64,000 bases of DNA from an uncultured Anaerolinea sp. (lineage in GTDB: Bacteria > Chloroflexota > Anaerolineae > Anaerolineales > Villigracilaceae). The notes beneath the pieces are model-generated. The model was given only the letters and a program-made list of their open reading frames with translations, searched no databases and was not told the origin of the DNA. Positions 28,140-36,242 of this stretch are shown here, piece after piece; position 1 is the stretch's first letter; each line of letters begins with the position of its first letter. The stretch lies in NCBI GenBank assembly GCA_964607645.1, contig CAZSLN010000001.1, forward strand, positions 70,577-134,576. The letters run 5' to 3'. The position numbers and the translations under genes were made by a program.

Positions 28140-28988
28140 TTGAAACTAATTGACATCATCCAAAGAAATAACGACCTAAAACCGTGGACCGAAGGGGAAC
28201 GAATTCCCTGGGACGACGCTGAGTTTAGCAAACGAGTGCTGAAGGAACACCTTTCGCAGGAGAGCAGCGCAGCCAGCAAGCAGATGAAGGTGATCCAGAA
28301 AGAATGCGCCTGGATCTTTAATAGCTTGATGAAAAATCAGCCCGGAAAGATATTAGATCTTGGCTGCGGCCCGGGCCTTTACACCGAGATCTTTGCTCAA
28401 AAACGCAATCACTGTGTTGGCATCGATTTTGCTCCTGCCGCCATTGAGTACGCAAAAAAACACGCCACCAAAAATTGCGTTTACGAATTGGGCGATATTC
28501 GTCAAGCCGACTTTGGCGAAGGGTACGATGCGGTGGTTTACCTATTCGGTGCCATTAATTTATTACCCACCGAAGATGTAAAGAAGATCTTAAGAAAAGG
28601 TTACACCGCCCTCAAGCCAGGTGGTTTCATCTTGATTGAATCCTCCAGTATCGAATCGGTTGACCAGATCGGTAATCAACCATCCATGTGGTATAGCGCG
28701 GATGAAGGCCTCTTCTCAACCAATCCGCATCTTTGTTTAATGGAATCCTTTTGGGATGATAATAGCAACACCGCCACTGAGCGTTATTACATCGTTGATA
28801 GCGAAACAAACTCGGTTCAACACCATTGCGCTAGCACAAAAGGGTATGAAGAAGAAGAGTTGGAGGCGCTTCTCACTGACGCTGGTTTCCATTCTATAGA
28901 ATTTTTCCCGAACCTTACAGGAGAAGACCCTGAAGAAATTGAAGAATTCACCACGCCAGAATTCACCATCGTGATGGGGAAAAAATAA
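28140..28988 (+). CDS. class I SAM-dependent methyltransferase
   Basis: 282-aa ORF with a TTG start. SAM motif ILDLGCGPGLY, and an N-terminal IPWDDAEFSKRVLKEHLSQ segment seen in this family. Confidence 0.75.
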   Translation: MKLIDIIQRNNDLKPWTEGERIPWDDAEFSKRVLKEHLSQESSAASKQMKVIQKECAWIFNSLMKNQPGKILDLGCGPGLYTEIFAQKRNHCVGIDFAPAAIEYAKKHATKNCVYELGDIRQADFGEGYDAVVYLFGAINLLPTEDVKKILRKGYTALKPGGFILIESSSIESVDQIGNQPSMWYSADEGLFSTNPHLCLMESFWDDNSNTATERYYIVDSETNSVQHHCASTKGYEEEELEALLTDAGFHSIEFFPNLTGEDPEEIEEFTTPEFTIVMGKK

Positions 28989-29033
28989 ATTTACCCACCT
29001 ATCTTTAGAAATTCTTTTTACAAAGGAGTTTAT

Positions 29034-29789
29034 ATGAAAATTAAGTTCATCATAGTGCTACTAAGCCTTTTACTCCTAACAGCCTGCACTCGTCCCACGA
29101 AAACCTATGTGCCAACCATTTTGCCATCGGCAGGTCCAACAGAAACCGTTGAAGTGAAGATCGCATCCACACCCGCCGCAGCCGTGTTGCCTACCCTCGA
29201 AACGGCTACACCTGACGTTTCACTACCCGCTACACCGTTTACGTCCTTCACCGTCCATTCGTTTGCCGAAGGAATGATGTTCCGCACCAACCCCGGTGTT
29301 CTGTTCGACGCGATGCGCTTGCTCGGAGAAGAGGATGAACTAACCGTGCTTGGCACCGCGCCTGGTAACGAGTGGATCAACGTAACGATTGCTGATGGAA
29401 CAGAAGGCTGGGTTTTTCGTCAATTACTTACCTCTGACGTTGACCTGACCCAGATTAAGGTGATCCAACCTGAAAACGTAGATGTTTTCACTGCCAAAGT
29501 AAACGATGTTGCCGGGAATCCGATCCAAGGTATCGCCTTTAACATTTCAACCGAAGGCACTACCGTTGTGGTAGTAAGCGATAAAAATGGCGATGTCTAT
29601 TGGTACCACCCCACGGATCTATCAGGTACTTGGTTGATGCAAATGACCGGAATCGCTTGTGAGAGCAATGTTTGGGAAGATGACACCTGCGCCAATTACA
29701 AAGCTGGTTTCACAGGTAACGTCGAACCGGTCTCTACAAGTTTTGAATTGCCATATTCCGGAGACCCGCTGCAATTTATTTTTAAATAA
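29034..29789 (+). CDS. lipoprotein with SH3b-like and carboxypeptidase-regulatory-like domains
   Basis: 251-aa ORF. Lipobox LLLTAC. SH3b-like segment FRTNPGVLFDAMRLLGEEDELTVLG..EWINVTIADGTEGWV. AAGGAG RBS upstream. Confidence 0.65.
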   Translation: MKIKFIIVLLSLLLLTACTRPTKTYVPTILPSAGPTETVEVKIASTPAAAVLPTLETATPDVSLPATPFTSFTVHSFAEGMMFRTNPGVLFDAMRLLGEEDELTVLGTAPGNEWINVTIADGTEGWVFRQLLTSDVDLTQIKVIQPENVDVFTAKVNDVAGNPIQGIAFNISTEGTTVVVVSDKNGDVYWYHPTDLSGTWLMQMTGIACESNVWEDDTCANYKAGFTGNVEPVSTSFELPYSGDPLQFIFK

Positions 29790-29792
29790 AAA

Positions 29793-29819
29793 AGATGGAT
29801 GGGGATCACCCATCCATCT
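29793..29819 (+). terminator. stem-loop after the lipoprotein gene (no clear U-tract)
   Basis: agatggatggg (29793-29803) pairs perfectly with cccatccatct (29809-29819). The downstream sequence lacks a T-run. Confidence 0.45.
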
Positions 29820-30155
29820 AACGTTCTGGTTATTTTACGTTCATGTTAGGATATTTTTTGAAGAAGGATATTCTGGATTCCACATTCGAGTCATGGTGAA
29901 CTACCGGCATTTGATGCAATTCGCCAGCAAACTAACTATTTCCGTACCTTCTCCAAAAGTGCTTCGGTTCTATATTTTCTATCGTGAACCTCCTTTCATG
30001 ACTTTTATGTCACTACACTTACAATACAACTTAACCAAACCTTTTTCAACCAACAAAAACGTAAGTTTATTTAATTAAAAATATTATTCTTCACAATGTA
30101 CAAAATGGGATTATAATATGATTTGTCTGACAACTTTCTCCCAAAGGAGTTTTTA

Positions 30156-31622
30156 ATGGCTACAATCGATCTAACCATCAACAAAACAAAGCGTCAAAGA
30201 GCAATCCAACGGGCTCGGGAAAAGAACATTATTATCCCAACCTACGCCCAAATGAAAGACCCCAGCAAGATCCCCGCAAAGATCAAACAAGAGTTAGGCT
30301 CGATCGGTTTATGGGATATTCACCCCCGTAATTTATTCCGTATCAACTGGCACAACGAAGCCAAGAACTCGGGTGGCGGATTCGGCAATGTTAACTATAT
30401 TGAACTGCCGTCTTCTATTACCGGTGTCAAAGCTCGCATTGTAGCGATCGTTGGCAAGTGGTTCCCTACCGGCGCTCACAAAGTTGGCGCTGCCTTCTCT
30501 TGCTTAGTCCCCAGATTGGTTACCGGCCAGTTCGACCCAACGACCCAAAAAGCCGTTTGGCCTTCTACTGGTAACTATTGCCGTGGCGGCGCGTATGATT
30601 CAGCCTTGCTTAGCTGCGAATCGATCGCGATTTTGCCTGAAGGCATGAGCCGCGAACGTTTTGAATGGCTTGCCAAGGTTGCCGGCGAAACCATTAAGAC
30701 ACCTGGTTCCGAATCCAACGTCAAAGAGATCTTTGACAAATGCAACGAATTACGCAACTCTGGTCAAGATCTAATGATCTTCGATCAGTTCCAGGAATAT
30801 CCCAACTATCTTTGGCACTACACCGTTACTGGCCGTGCTATGGAAGAAGTCTTCAAACAGATCGCCCGCCCCGGTGACCGCTTCCGCGGTATCACTTCCG
30901 CCACCGGTTCCGCCGGTTCCATCGCCAGCGGCGATTACATGAAGCAGCTTTACCCCGAAAGCAAGATCGCGGCAAGCGAAGCTTTGCAATGCCCAACTTT
31001 GCTTGAAAATGGTTTTGGCGCTCACCGTATCGAAGGTATCGGCGATAAGCATGTACCTTGGATCCACAACACCAAGAACACCGATCTGGTTGTAGCCATC
31101 GATGATAACGCCGTGGTCAACCTAGCCCGTTTGTTCAACGAACCCGCCGGCAAGAAATTCCTTGCTAGCCAAGGCGTTTCCGAAGCTACCATTGCCCAGC
31201 TTGATCTTTTGGGCTTCTCCGGCATCTCCAACGTGCTCACCGCTATCAAGATGGCGAAATACTATGAGATGGATGAGAACGATGTCATCTTCACCATCGC
31301 AACCGACTCCATGGAATTGTACAAGAGCCGCCTCGTTGAAATGCACGAAGAATTTGGCGAATACAATGAATCCACCGCTGCTTGCGATTTTGGCCGATGG
31401 TTACTTGGACAAGGCATCGACAATATGCTCGAATTGACCTACCCAGAAAAACGTCGCGTTCACAACCTTAAGTACTTCACCTGGGTTGAACAACAGGGCA
31501 AGACCTATAATGAGATCCAGGATATGTGGTATAACCCCAATTTCTGGACCGATATCCAAAAGCAGGCTGACGAAGTGGACGAACTCATTGTTGAGTTCAA
31601 CAATGAAGTTGGACTTACTTAA
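30156..31622 (+). CDS. long-form fold-type II (PALP superfamily) PLP-dependent enzyme, uncharacterised subfamily
   Basis: About 488 aa from the ATG at 30156, preceded by AAGGAG at 30144-30149 (the track TTG at 30123 is rejected). Candidate PLP-lysine in FPTGAHKVGAA. CysK/TrpB-like segments STGNYCRGGA and HRIEGIGDKHVPWI. Extra N- and C-terminal extensions. Confidence 0.7.
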   Translation: MATIDLTINKTKRQRAIQRAREKNIIIPTYAQMKDPSKIPAKIKQELGSIGLWDIHPRNLFRINWHNEAKNSGGGFGNVNYIELPSSITGVKARIVAIVGKWFPTGAHKVGAAFSCLVPRLVTGQFDPTTQKAVWPSTGNYCRGGAYDSALLSCESIAILPEGMSRERFEWLAKVAGETIKTPGSESNVKEIFDKCNELRNSGQDLMIFDQFQEYPNYLWHYTVTGRAMEEVFKQIARPGDRFRGITSATGSAGSIASGDYMKQLYPESKIAASEALQCPTLLENGFGAHRIEGIGDKHVPWIHNTKNTDLVVAIDDNAVVNLARLFNEPAGKKFLASQGVSEATIAQLDLLGFSGISNVLTAIKMAKYYEMDENDVIFTIATDSMELYKSRLVEMHEEFGEYNESTAACDFGRWLLGQGIDNMLELTYPEKRRVHNLKYFTWVEQQGKTYNEIQDMWYNPNFWTDIQKQADEVDELIVEFNNEVGLT

Positions 31623-31637
31623 TTTTTAGATTTCGCG

Positions 31638-31679
31638 AAGAACAGGTAGAATTGAACAATATCTACCTGTTCTTTTTTT
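31638..31679 (+). terminator. rho-independent terminator
   Basis: aagaacaggtaga (31638-31650) pairs with tctacctgttctt (31662-31674), followed by a T-run to 31679. Confidence 0.8.
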
Positions 31680-31683
31680 AAAT

Positions 31684-32298
31684 ATGACAACCCTCCTTTC
31701 CTCAACCCCTCTTCTAATTCTCTTATTCTGCCTGTTCGGTTATCTTGCTGGCTCACTCATGCCCTCCGTCTGGATCACCCGCGCCATCAAGGGCGTTGAT
31801 GTTCGTGATCACGGTTCAGGGCATGCTACAACCACCAACACCATCCGCCAAGCTGGGTTTTTGGCTGGCGGGTTTGTCTTCCTTCTTGATGTACTAAAGG
31901 GTTTTATGCCCACTTACTTGGCAGCGCAAATGATCCCAAACCCTTGGGCTCCTGTATTGGTGGCTGTCTGCGCGGTCATTGGCCATTGTTGGCCGATATT
32001 CGGTGGTTTTAGGGGCGGGATGGGTCTAGCCACTGCCGGTGGCGGGCTTTTGGCATTGAACCCACTTGCTCTGCTGATCGCGGTTGGTGTTCTAGTGACG
32101 TTGATATTGATCCTCCGCCATGGCGCGAAAGCCACCATCTTTGCCGCTCTTCTCATTACACCTGTTTTTTGGCTTTTTAACCTACGCGGCATGATCTTAT
32201 GGATGGCGGGATTCTTTGCCCTTATTATTTCCATTAGGTTTTTAAGCGATTGGAATCGCAAATATCGCGAGCTTTGGTTGGACCGGGAAAAGAAGTAA
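31684..32298 (+). CDS. plsY: glycerol-3-phosphate acyltransferase PlsY
   Basis: 204-aa polytopic ORF with PlsY motifs DHGSGHATTTN and GGMGLATAGG. Confidence 0.85.
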   Translation: MTTLLSSTPLLILLFCLFGYLAGSLMPSVWITRAIKGVDVRDHGSGHATTTNTIRQAGFLAGGFVFLLDVLKGFMPTYLAAQMIPNPWAPVLVAVCAVIGHCWPIFGGFRGGMGLATAGGGLLALNPLALLIAVGVLVTLILILRHGAKATIFAALLITPVFWLFNLRGMILWMAGFFALIISIRFLSDWNRKYRELWLDREKK

Positions 32299-32319
32299 CT
32301 CGAGAAAACCAACACGGCT

Positions 32320-32859
32320 ATGATCCAGGACGAATCCCTTGTTCTTGTTTGTATCTTTCCTAAGCTTCGGGATGCCGAGATCGCCCGTTTGTTTGGCTGG
32401 TATCGCATTCCTTTGCGCAACTCCCCAAAAGTTGTTTCGGTTGACGCTTTGGCGTTTTATCAGCCGAAAAATTTTGGCAAAAATGGCGGCCGCATCATGC
32501 ACTACGCTAAAGTTCGCGGTCATGAACTAAACACCCGCAAAGAACTTCTAAGAGACGAACCGGATCATCCCCATGCCAACGAAGAATATTTCAAGATTCA
32601 AATCGGAGAGCTTGAATCCCTTCCCACACCGATCGTTTCTGGACCATGGAAGCGTTTTTCTTTCTTTTATACAACCGGCGAACACCTGAAGTCAGCACAA
32701 AATCTATCGGATCTGATCATACGTAATGAAGAGAGGTTAATATTATGGAAGACTCTTCGAGAACGGGCTGCAAAAGATCAGGTTTACCAAGTTAACTTGC
32801 CAGAACTACCCATTTCAAACGATATGTTATTAAAGATTTTAGGTCTTAGCAACCTATAA
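32320..32859 (+). CDS. hypothetical protein, no domain recognised
   Basis: 179-aa ORF in the gap between plsY and the hydantoinase, on the same strand. Ordinary soluble-protein composition. No clear RBS. Confidence 0.5.
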   Translation: MIQDESLVLVCIFPKLRDAEIARLFGWYRIPLRNSPKVVSVDALAFYQPKNFGKNGGRIMHYAKVRGHELNTRKELLRDEPDHPHANEEYFKIQIGELESLPTPIVSGPWKRFSFFYTTGEHLKSAQNLSDLIIRNEERLILWKTLRERAAKDQVYQVNLPELPISNDMLLKILGLSNL

Positions 32860-32882
32860 TCTTCCAGCGAAAAGGATTTCTA

Positions 32883-34295
32883 ATGAAAAAGATCTTGCGA
32901 AACGGAACATTGGTTACGGCTTCTGATACCTACAAAGCCGATATATTGATCGATGGTGAGGTGATCTCAATGATCGGCCAAAACCTTCAGGATACTGACG
33001 CACAGGTTATTGATGCCAGCGGGAAATACATTTTCCCGGGTGGTATCGATCCTCATACCCATTTTGACCTGCCAATGTTCGGAACAGTCTCCTCCGATGA
33101 TCATTACACCGGCAACAAGGCTGCAGCTTTTGGCGGCACCACCACGGTCATGGATTTTGTTGTTCAGGAAAAAGGTGGGTTCCAAAAATCCTTAGATCTT
33201 TGGTATAAGAAAGCGGAAAAATCTGCCATCGACCACTCATTCCATATGAACCTCACTCACTTTGATGATGAAGTAGCTAAAGAGCTTCCTGTATTGATCA
33301 ACAATGGCGTTACCACCCTAAAGGTATTTACCGCCTATAATGGGCGGCTTCGGTTGGATGACCGAAATATTTTCAAAGCACTGATAAAAGCTAAAGAACA
33401 CGGTATGTTGGTGATGGTTCATTGCGAAAATGGTGACATTATTGAAGAACTCATTCCAAAAGCCCTTGCCGCTGGCAATACCTCCCCCGCCTGGCATGCC
33501 TATACTCGCCCAAAATGGGGGGCTGTGGAATCAACGATGAGGATGTGCGCGATGGCACAACAAGCCGATGCCCCTGTTTACATTGTGCATATGAATGCCG
33601 GCGGCGAAGCCAATATGCTTCAATACTCACGCGAGCGCGACGTAAAAGTGATGGGCGAAACCTGCCCCCCCTATCTATTCTTTTCTACCAAGCACATGGA
33701 AAGACCAGATGGCGCAAAATGGATATGCTCCCCACCAATGCGGGATGAAGAAGATAATCAGCGGTTATGGGAAGCCCTTTCCAACAACACTCTGCAAACC
33801 ATTGGCACAGACCATTGCCCCTTCTTTTTTGATGGAACCAAAGCCATTCAATACGAAGGTAAATCGATCGCTATCCCTGGCAAGGAATTGGGCAAAGATA
33901 ATTTCACCCAAATTCCAAACGGTCTACCCGGTGTTCAAGACCGCTTACCGATCCTTTGGAGCTATGGTGTTCGAACCGGCAAGATCACGATGAACCAGTT
34001 TGTTGCCTACACCAGCACCAACCCAGCCAAGATCTTTGGACTTTACCCACGCAAAGGTGCCCTTGTGCCCGGGGCTGACGCAGATATTGTGATTTGGGAT
34101 CCAAACAAAGAAATGACTTATGGTGTGGCTAACTCGCACCAACGAACCGATTACAACCTTTATGAAGGCTGGAAAATTATTGGTTACCCTGAAAAAGTAT
34201 TATTGCGTGGGGAAGTGATCGTAGATGGAGAGAACTGGTTAGGAAAAGTTGGGGGCGGTAAATATCTGAAGAGAACGGAAGGTTTGGTGATCTAA
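32883..34295 (+). CDS. dihydropyrimidinase / D-hydantoinase (cyclic amidohydrolase)
   Basis: 470-aa ORF. Metal ligands GGIDPHTHF, carbamylated-lysine context TLKVFTAY, MVHCENG, IGTDHCPF. Confidence 0.88.
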   Translation: MKKILRNGTLVTASDTYKADILIDGEVISMIGQNLQDTDAQVIDASGKYIFPGGIDPHTHFDLPMFGTVSSDDHYTGNKAAAFGGTTTVMDFVVQEKGGFQKSLDLWYKKAEKSAIDHSFHMNLTHFDDEVAKELPVLINNGVTTLKVFTAYNGRLRLDDRNIFKALIKAKEHGMLVMVHCENGDIIEELIPKALAAGNTSPAWHAYTRPKWGAVESTMRMCAMAQQADAPVYIVHMNAGGEANMLQYSRERDVKVMGETCPPYLFFSTKHMERPDGAKWICSPPMRDEEDNQRLWEALSNNTLQTIGTDHCPFFFDGTKAIQYEGKSIAIPGKELGKDNFTQIPNGLPGVQDRLPILWSYGVRTGKITMNQFVAYTSTNPAKIFGLYPRKGALVPGADADIVIWDPNKEMTYGVANSHQRTDYNLYEGWKIIGYPEKVLLRGEVIVDGENWLGKVGGGKYLKRTEGLVI

Positions 34296-34957
34296 CGCTT
34301 TAGTAATTCGATAGTGCGGGGATGGTCTGCGTAAACACCCCGATACGCTTCAGGCAATAAAGCCGCGATTTGACACATTACCTCGTCTGTCGCGGTTTTT
34401 AATGCCTCTTCCTTTCCCATCACGGGTAGTGGTGGAATGGTAAACGCTTCACCGATCACGAGCTTAACCTTAGATCTTCTGAAGCGCTTGAGATTACCAA
34501 GTATATTTTTATCTTCTGTGCCGGTCATCCCTACCGGAATAACCGGAAATCCTGAGCGAGCCGCCAAGTAGGCAACGCCGTGTTTTCCTTCCTGAAGCGA
34601 TGCGGTGTGCGAACGAGTGCCTTCTGGAGCGATCACCAAAGAATTCCCCTCGTTCATCAAATTGATCATTTTACGAAGCGCTTTTAGGTCTGGGTTGTAA
34701 CGGTCTATAAAAACAAAATTGAGTGCCTTGGCGATAACACGGATCCACGCTGCTTTTTCCCATTTTTCAGCAACCGGAATGAACATGTCATACCGATCGA
34801 ACTGATAATGGAACATACCGATATCGATGAAACCAATATGATTTACGGCGGCAACAAAACCTCCCTTTTCAGGAAAGTGTTCCACCCCGGTGATCTCTAC
34901 ATCCGCGATGGAATTGATAATCAGGATAATTAGACCACGTAAAAACTTACGAATCAC
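34292..34957 (-). CDS. 1-acyl-sn-glycerol-3-phosphate acyltransferase (PlsC family)
   Basis: 221-aa ORF with H-x4-D motif (AVNHIGFIDI) and APEGTRS. Confidence 0.85.
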   Translation of the reverse strand: MIRKFLRGLIILIINSIADVEITGVEHFPEKGGFVAAVNHIGFIDIGMFHYQFDRYDMFIPVAEKWEKAAWIRVIAKALNFVFIDRYNPDLKALRKMINLMNEGNSLVIAPEGTRSHTASLQEGKHGVAYLAARSGFPVIPVGMTGTEDKNILGNLKRFRRSKVKLVIGEAFTIPPLPVMGKEEALKTATDEVMCQIAALLPEAYRGVYADHPRTIELLKR

Positions 34958-35609
34958 CTAACAATTCCTTCAAGCGTGGATGTTCAGCATAATAACCGCG
35001 ATATTTTTCAGGAAGCATAGAACCGATACGGCACATAATTTCGTCGGTAGCCTTCAATAACCCGGCGTCATCGGAACTTTTGATGGGAGTTAATGTAAAT
35101 GTTTCCCCGGCTGAAATATGGATCTTGGAACGTTTGAATTTCTTCAAATTCGCAACAATTAATCTATCTTCTGTTCCTGTGATCGCAACCGGTAAAATTG
35201 GCATTCCGGTTTTGCTTGCAAAATAGGAGACGCCCGGCCTTGCCTGCAGCAAAGATTCTGTTTTAGAGCGAGTACCTTCAGGCGCGATGACAAAAACGCC
35301 GCCGTTTTTCAATCGTTTCAAAACTTCCCGTATCGCTTGTAAATCCGCATCAAACCGATTGATGAAAAAACCACCAACGGAAAGAACTAAAGGTTTGAAC
35401 AGCCAATGATCCTTGTATTTCTCAGCTACCGGCATGATCAGATCTTGTCGATCAATAAAATAATAGAGCAGCGCTGAATCCAACCGACCAAGGTGATTGG
35501 CCGCAATGATGAAACCGCCACTTTGTGGAACGTTTTCATAACCGCTGATCGTAATATCCGAAATCAAACGCATGATGATCTTGATCAAAAATCTTACGAT
35601 ATTTTGCAT
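34947..35609 (-). CDS. 1-acyl-sn-glycerol-3-phosphate acyltransferase (PlsC family), tandem paralog
   Basis: 220-aa ORF with H-x4-D motif (AANHLGRLDS) and APEGTRS. Collinear similarity to the downstream copy, down to the C-terminal ...LLPEKYRGYYAEHPR / ...LLPEAYRGVYADHPR. Confidence 0.85.
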   Translation of the reverse strand: MQNIVRFLIKIIMRLISDITISGYENVPQSGGFIIAANHLGRLDSALLYYFIDRQDLIMPVAEKYKDHWLFKPLVLSVGGFFINRFDADLQAIREVLKRLKNGGVFVIAPEGTRSKTESLLQARPGVSYFASKTGMPILPVAITGTEDRLIVANLKKFKRSKIHISAGETFTLTPIKSSDDAGLLKATDEIMCRIGSMLPEKYRGYYAEHPRLKELLGDS

Positions 35610-35667
35610 AAAGGAAATTCCCTAACATTGTTGAAATTTGGTATGACTGCCGCAAAAAGGGAATGAA

Positions 35668-36027
35668 TTACCAATTATGACCAGTCGATGAATAATTCTC
35701 GAGCATCTTATTAAAGATTGCTTCATCAGCCGGAGTGATACTTATGATCTTATATCCCTCGATAAAAGCCGAAGTGTCAAATGGATCAGGTTTGATCCAC
35801 ATAACCCGTGCGACAAAAGTTACGAAATTTCTCTCGAATATTTCGCCGGTGAGATCGATTCTCAGCGTGTAATCTCGATTTACTCCGTGTGGTTTTACCG
35901 AATCCAATCGAAAACCGCGCGGGCTAATATCTGTAATATAACCAAACAACTCTAAAGTTACATTCTCAAATACCTGAACATAATATGAGAATTTTCTCCG
36001 GTTGTTTGTTCTGTTTTCATTTGGCAT
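35668..36027 (-). CDS. single-domain PilZ (c-di-GMP-binding) protein
   Basis: 119-aa ORF with RxxxR (RTNNRRK) and D-x-S-x-x-G (DISPRG) PilZ motifs. Confidence 0.7.
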   Translation of the reverse strand: MPNENRTNNRRKFSYYVQVFENVTLELFGYITDISPRGFRLDSVKPHGVNRDYTLRIDLTGEIFERNFVTFVARVMWIKPDPFDTSAFIEGYKIISITPADEAIFNKMLENYSSTGHNW

Positions 36028-36242
36028 ATTTTATCCTTAGGTGCGAAAATAATTATAGATTATTCCCGCCAAACCTTCAAGCAGTACATCTTGTTGTTCA
36101 ACCTGTTGAAAGATAACAAACCATTAATTTCAAAAGGTTTTAAACTGATAGTTGCTTAAATATGGCGTATTATACTAAAATGAAACAGAAAAGTTAACAT
36201 CTATTAATTAACCAAGTTTTTTATAAATTTTTTCATAACCTT

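Noticed and set aside
29988-29997. ACCTCCTTTC, identical to the 3' end of 16S rRNA.
   Set aside because: It is only a 10-nt match with no flanking rRNA-like sequence. It is also the reverse complement of an SD-like GAAAGGAGGT, which is not followed by a start codon on the minus strand. Treated as coincidence.
29659-30078. 139-aa plus-strand ORF spanning the lipoprotein 3' end and the long intergenic gap.
   Set aside because: It overlaps the well-supported lipoprotein gene out of frame, runs through its hairpin, has no RBS, and has unusual Phe/Leu/Asn-rich composition.
30123-30155. TTG start of the PALP enzyme ORF given in the track.
   Set aside because: An AAGGAG RBS at 30144-30149 sits at ideal distance from the ATG at 30156 and would lie inside the coding region if the TTG were used.
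31914-32420. 168-aa minus-strand ORF overlapping plsY and the start of the hypothetical gene.
   Set aside because: It is antisense to the well-supported plsY. The product is Arg/Ala/Pro-rich with no motifs.
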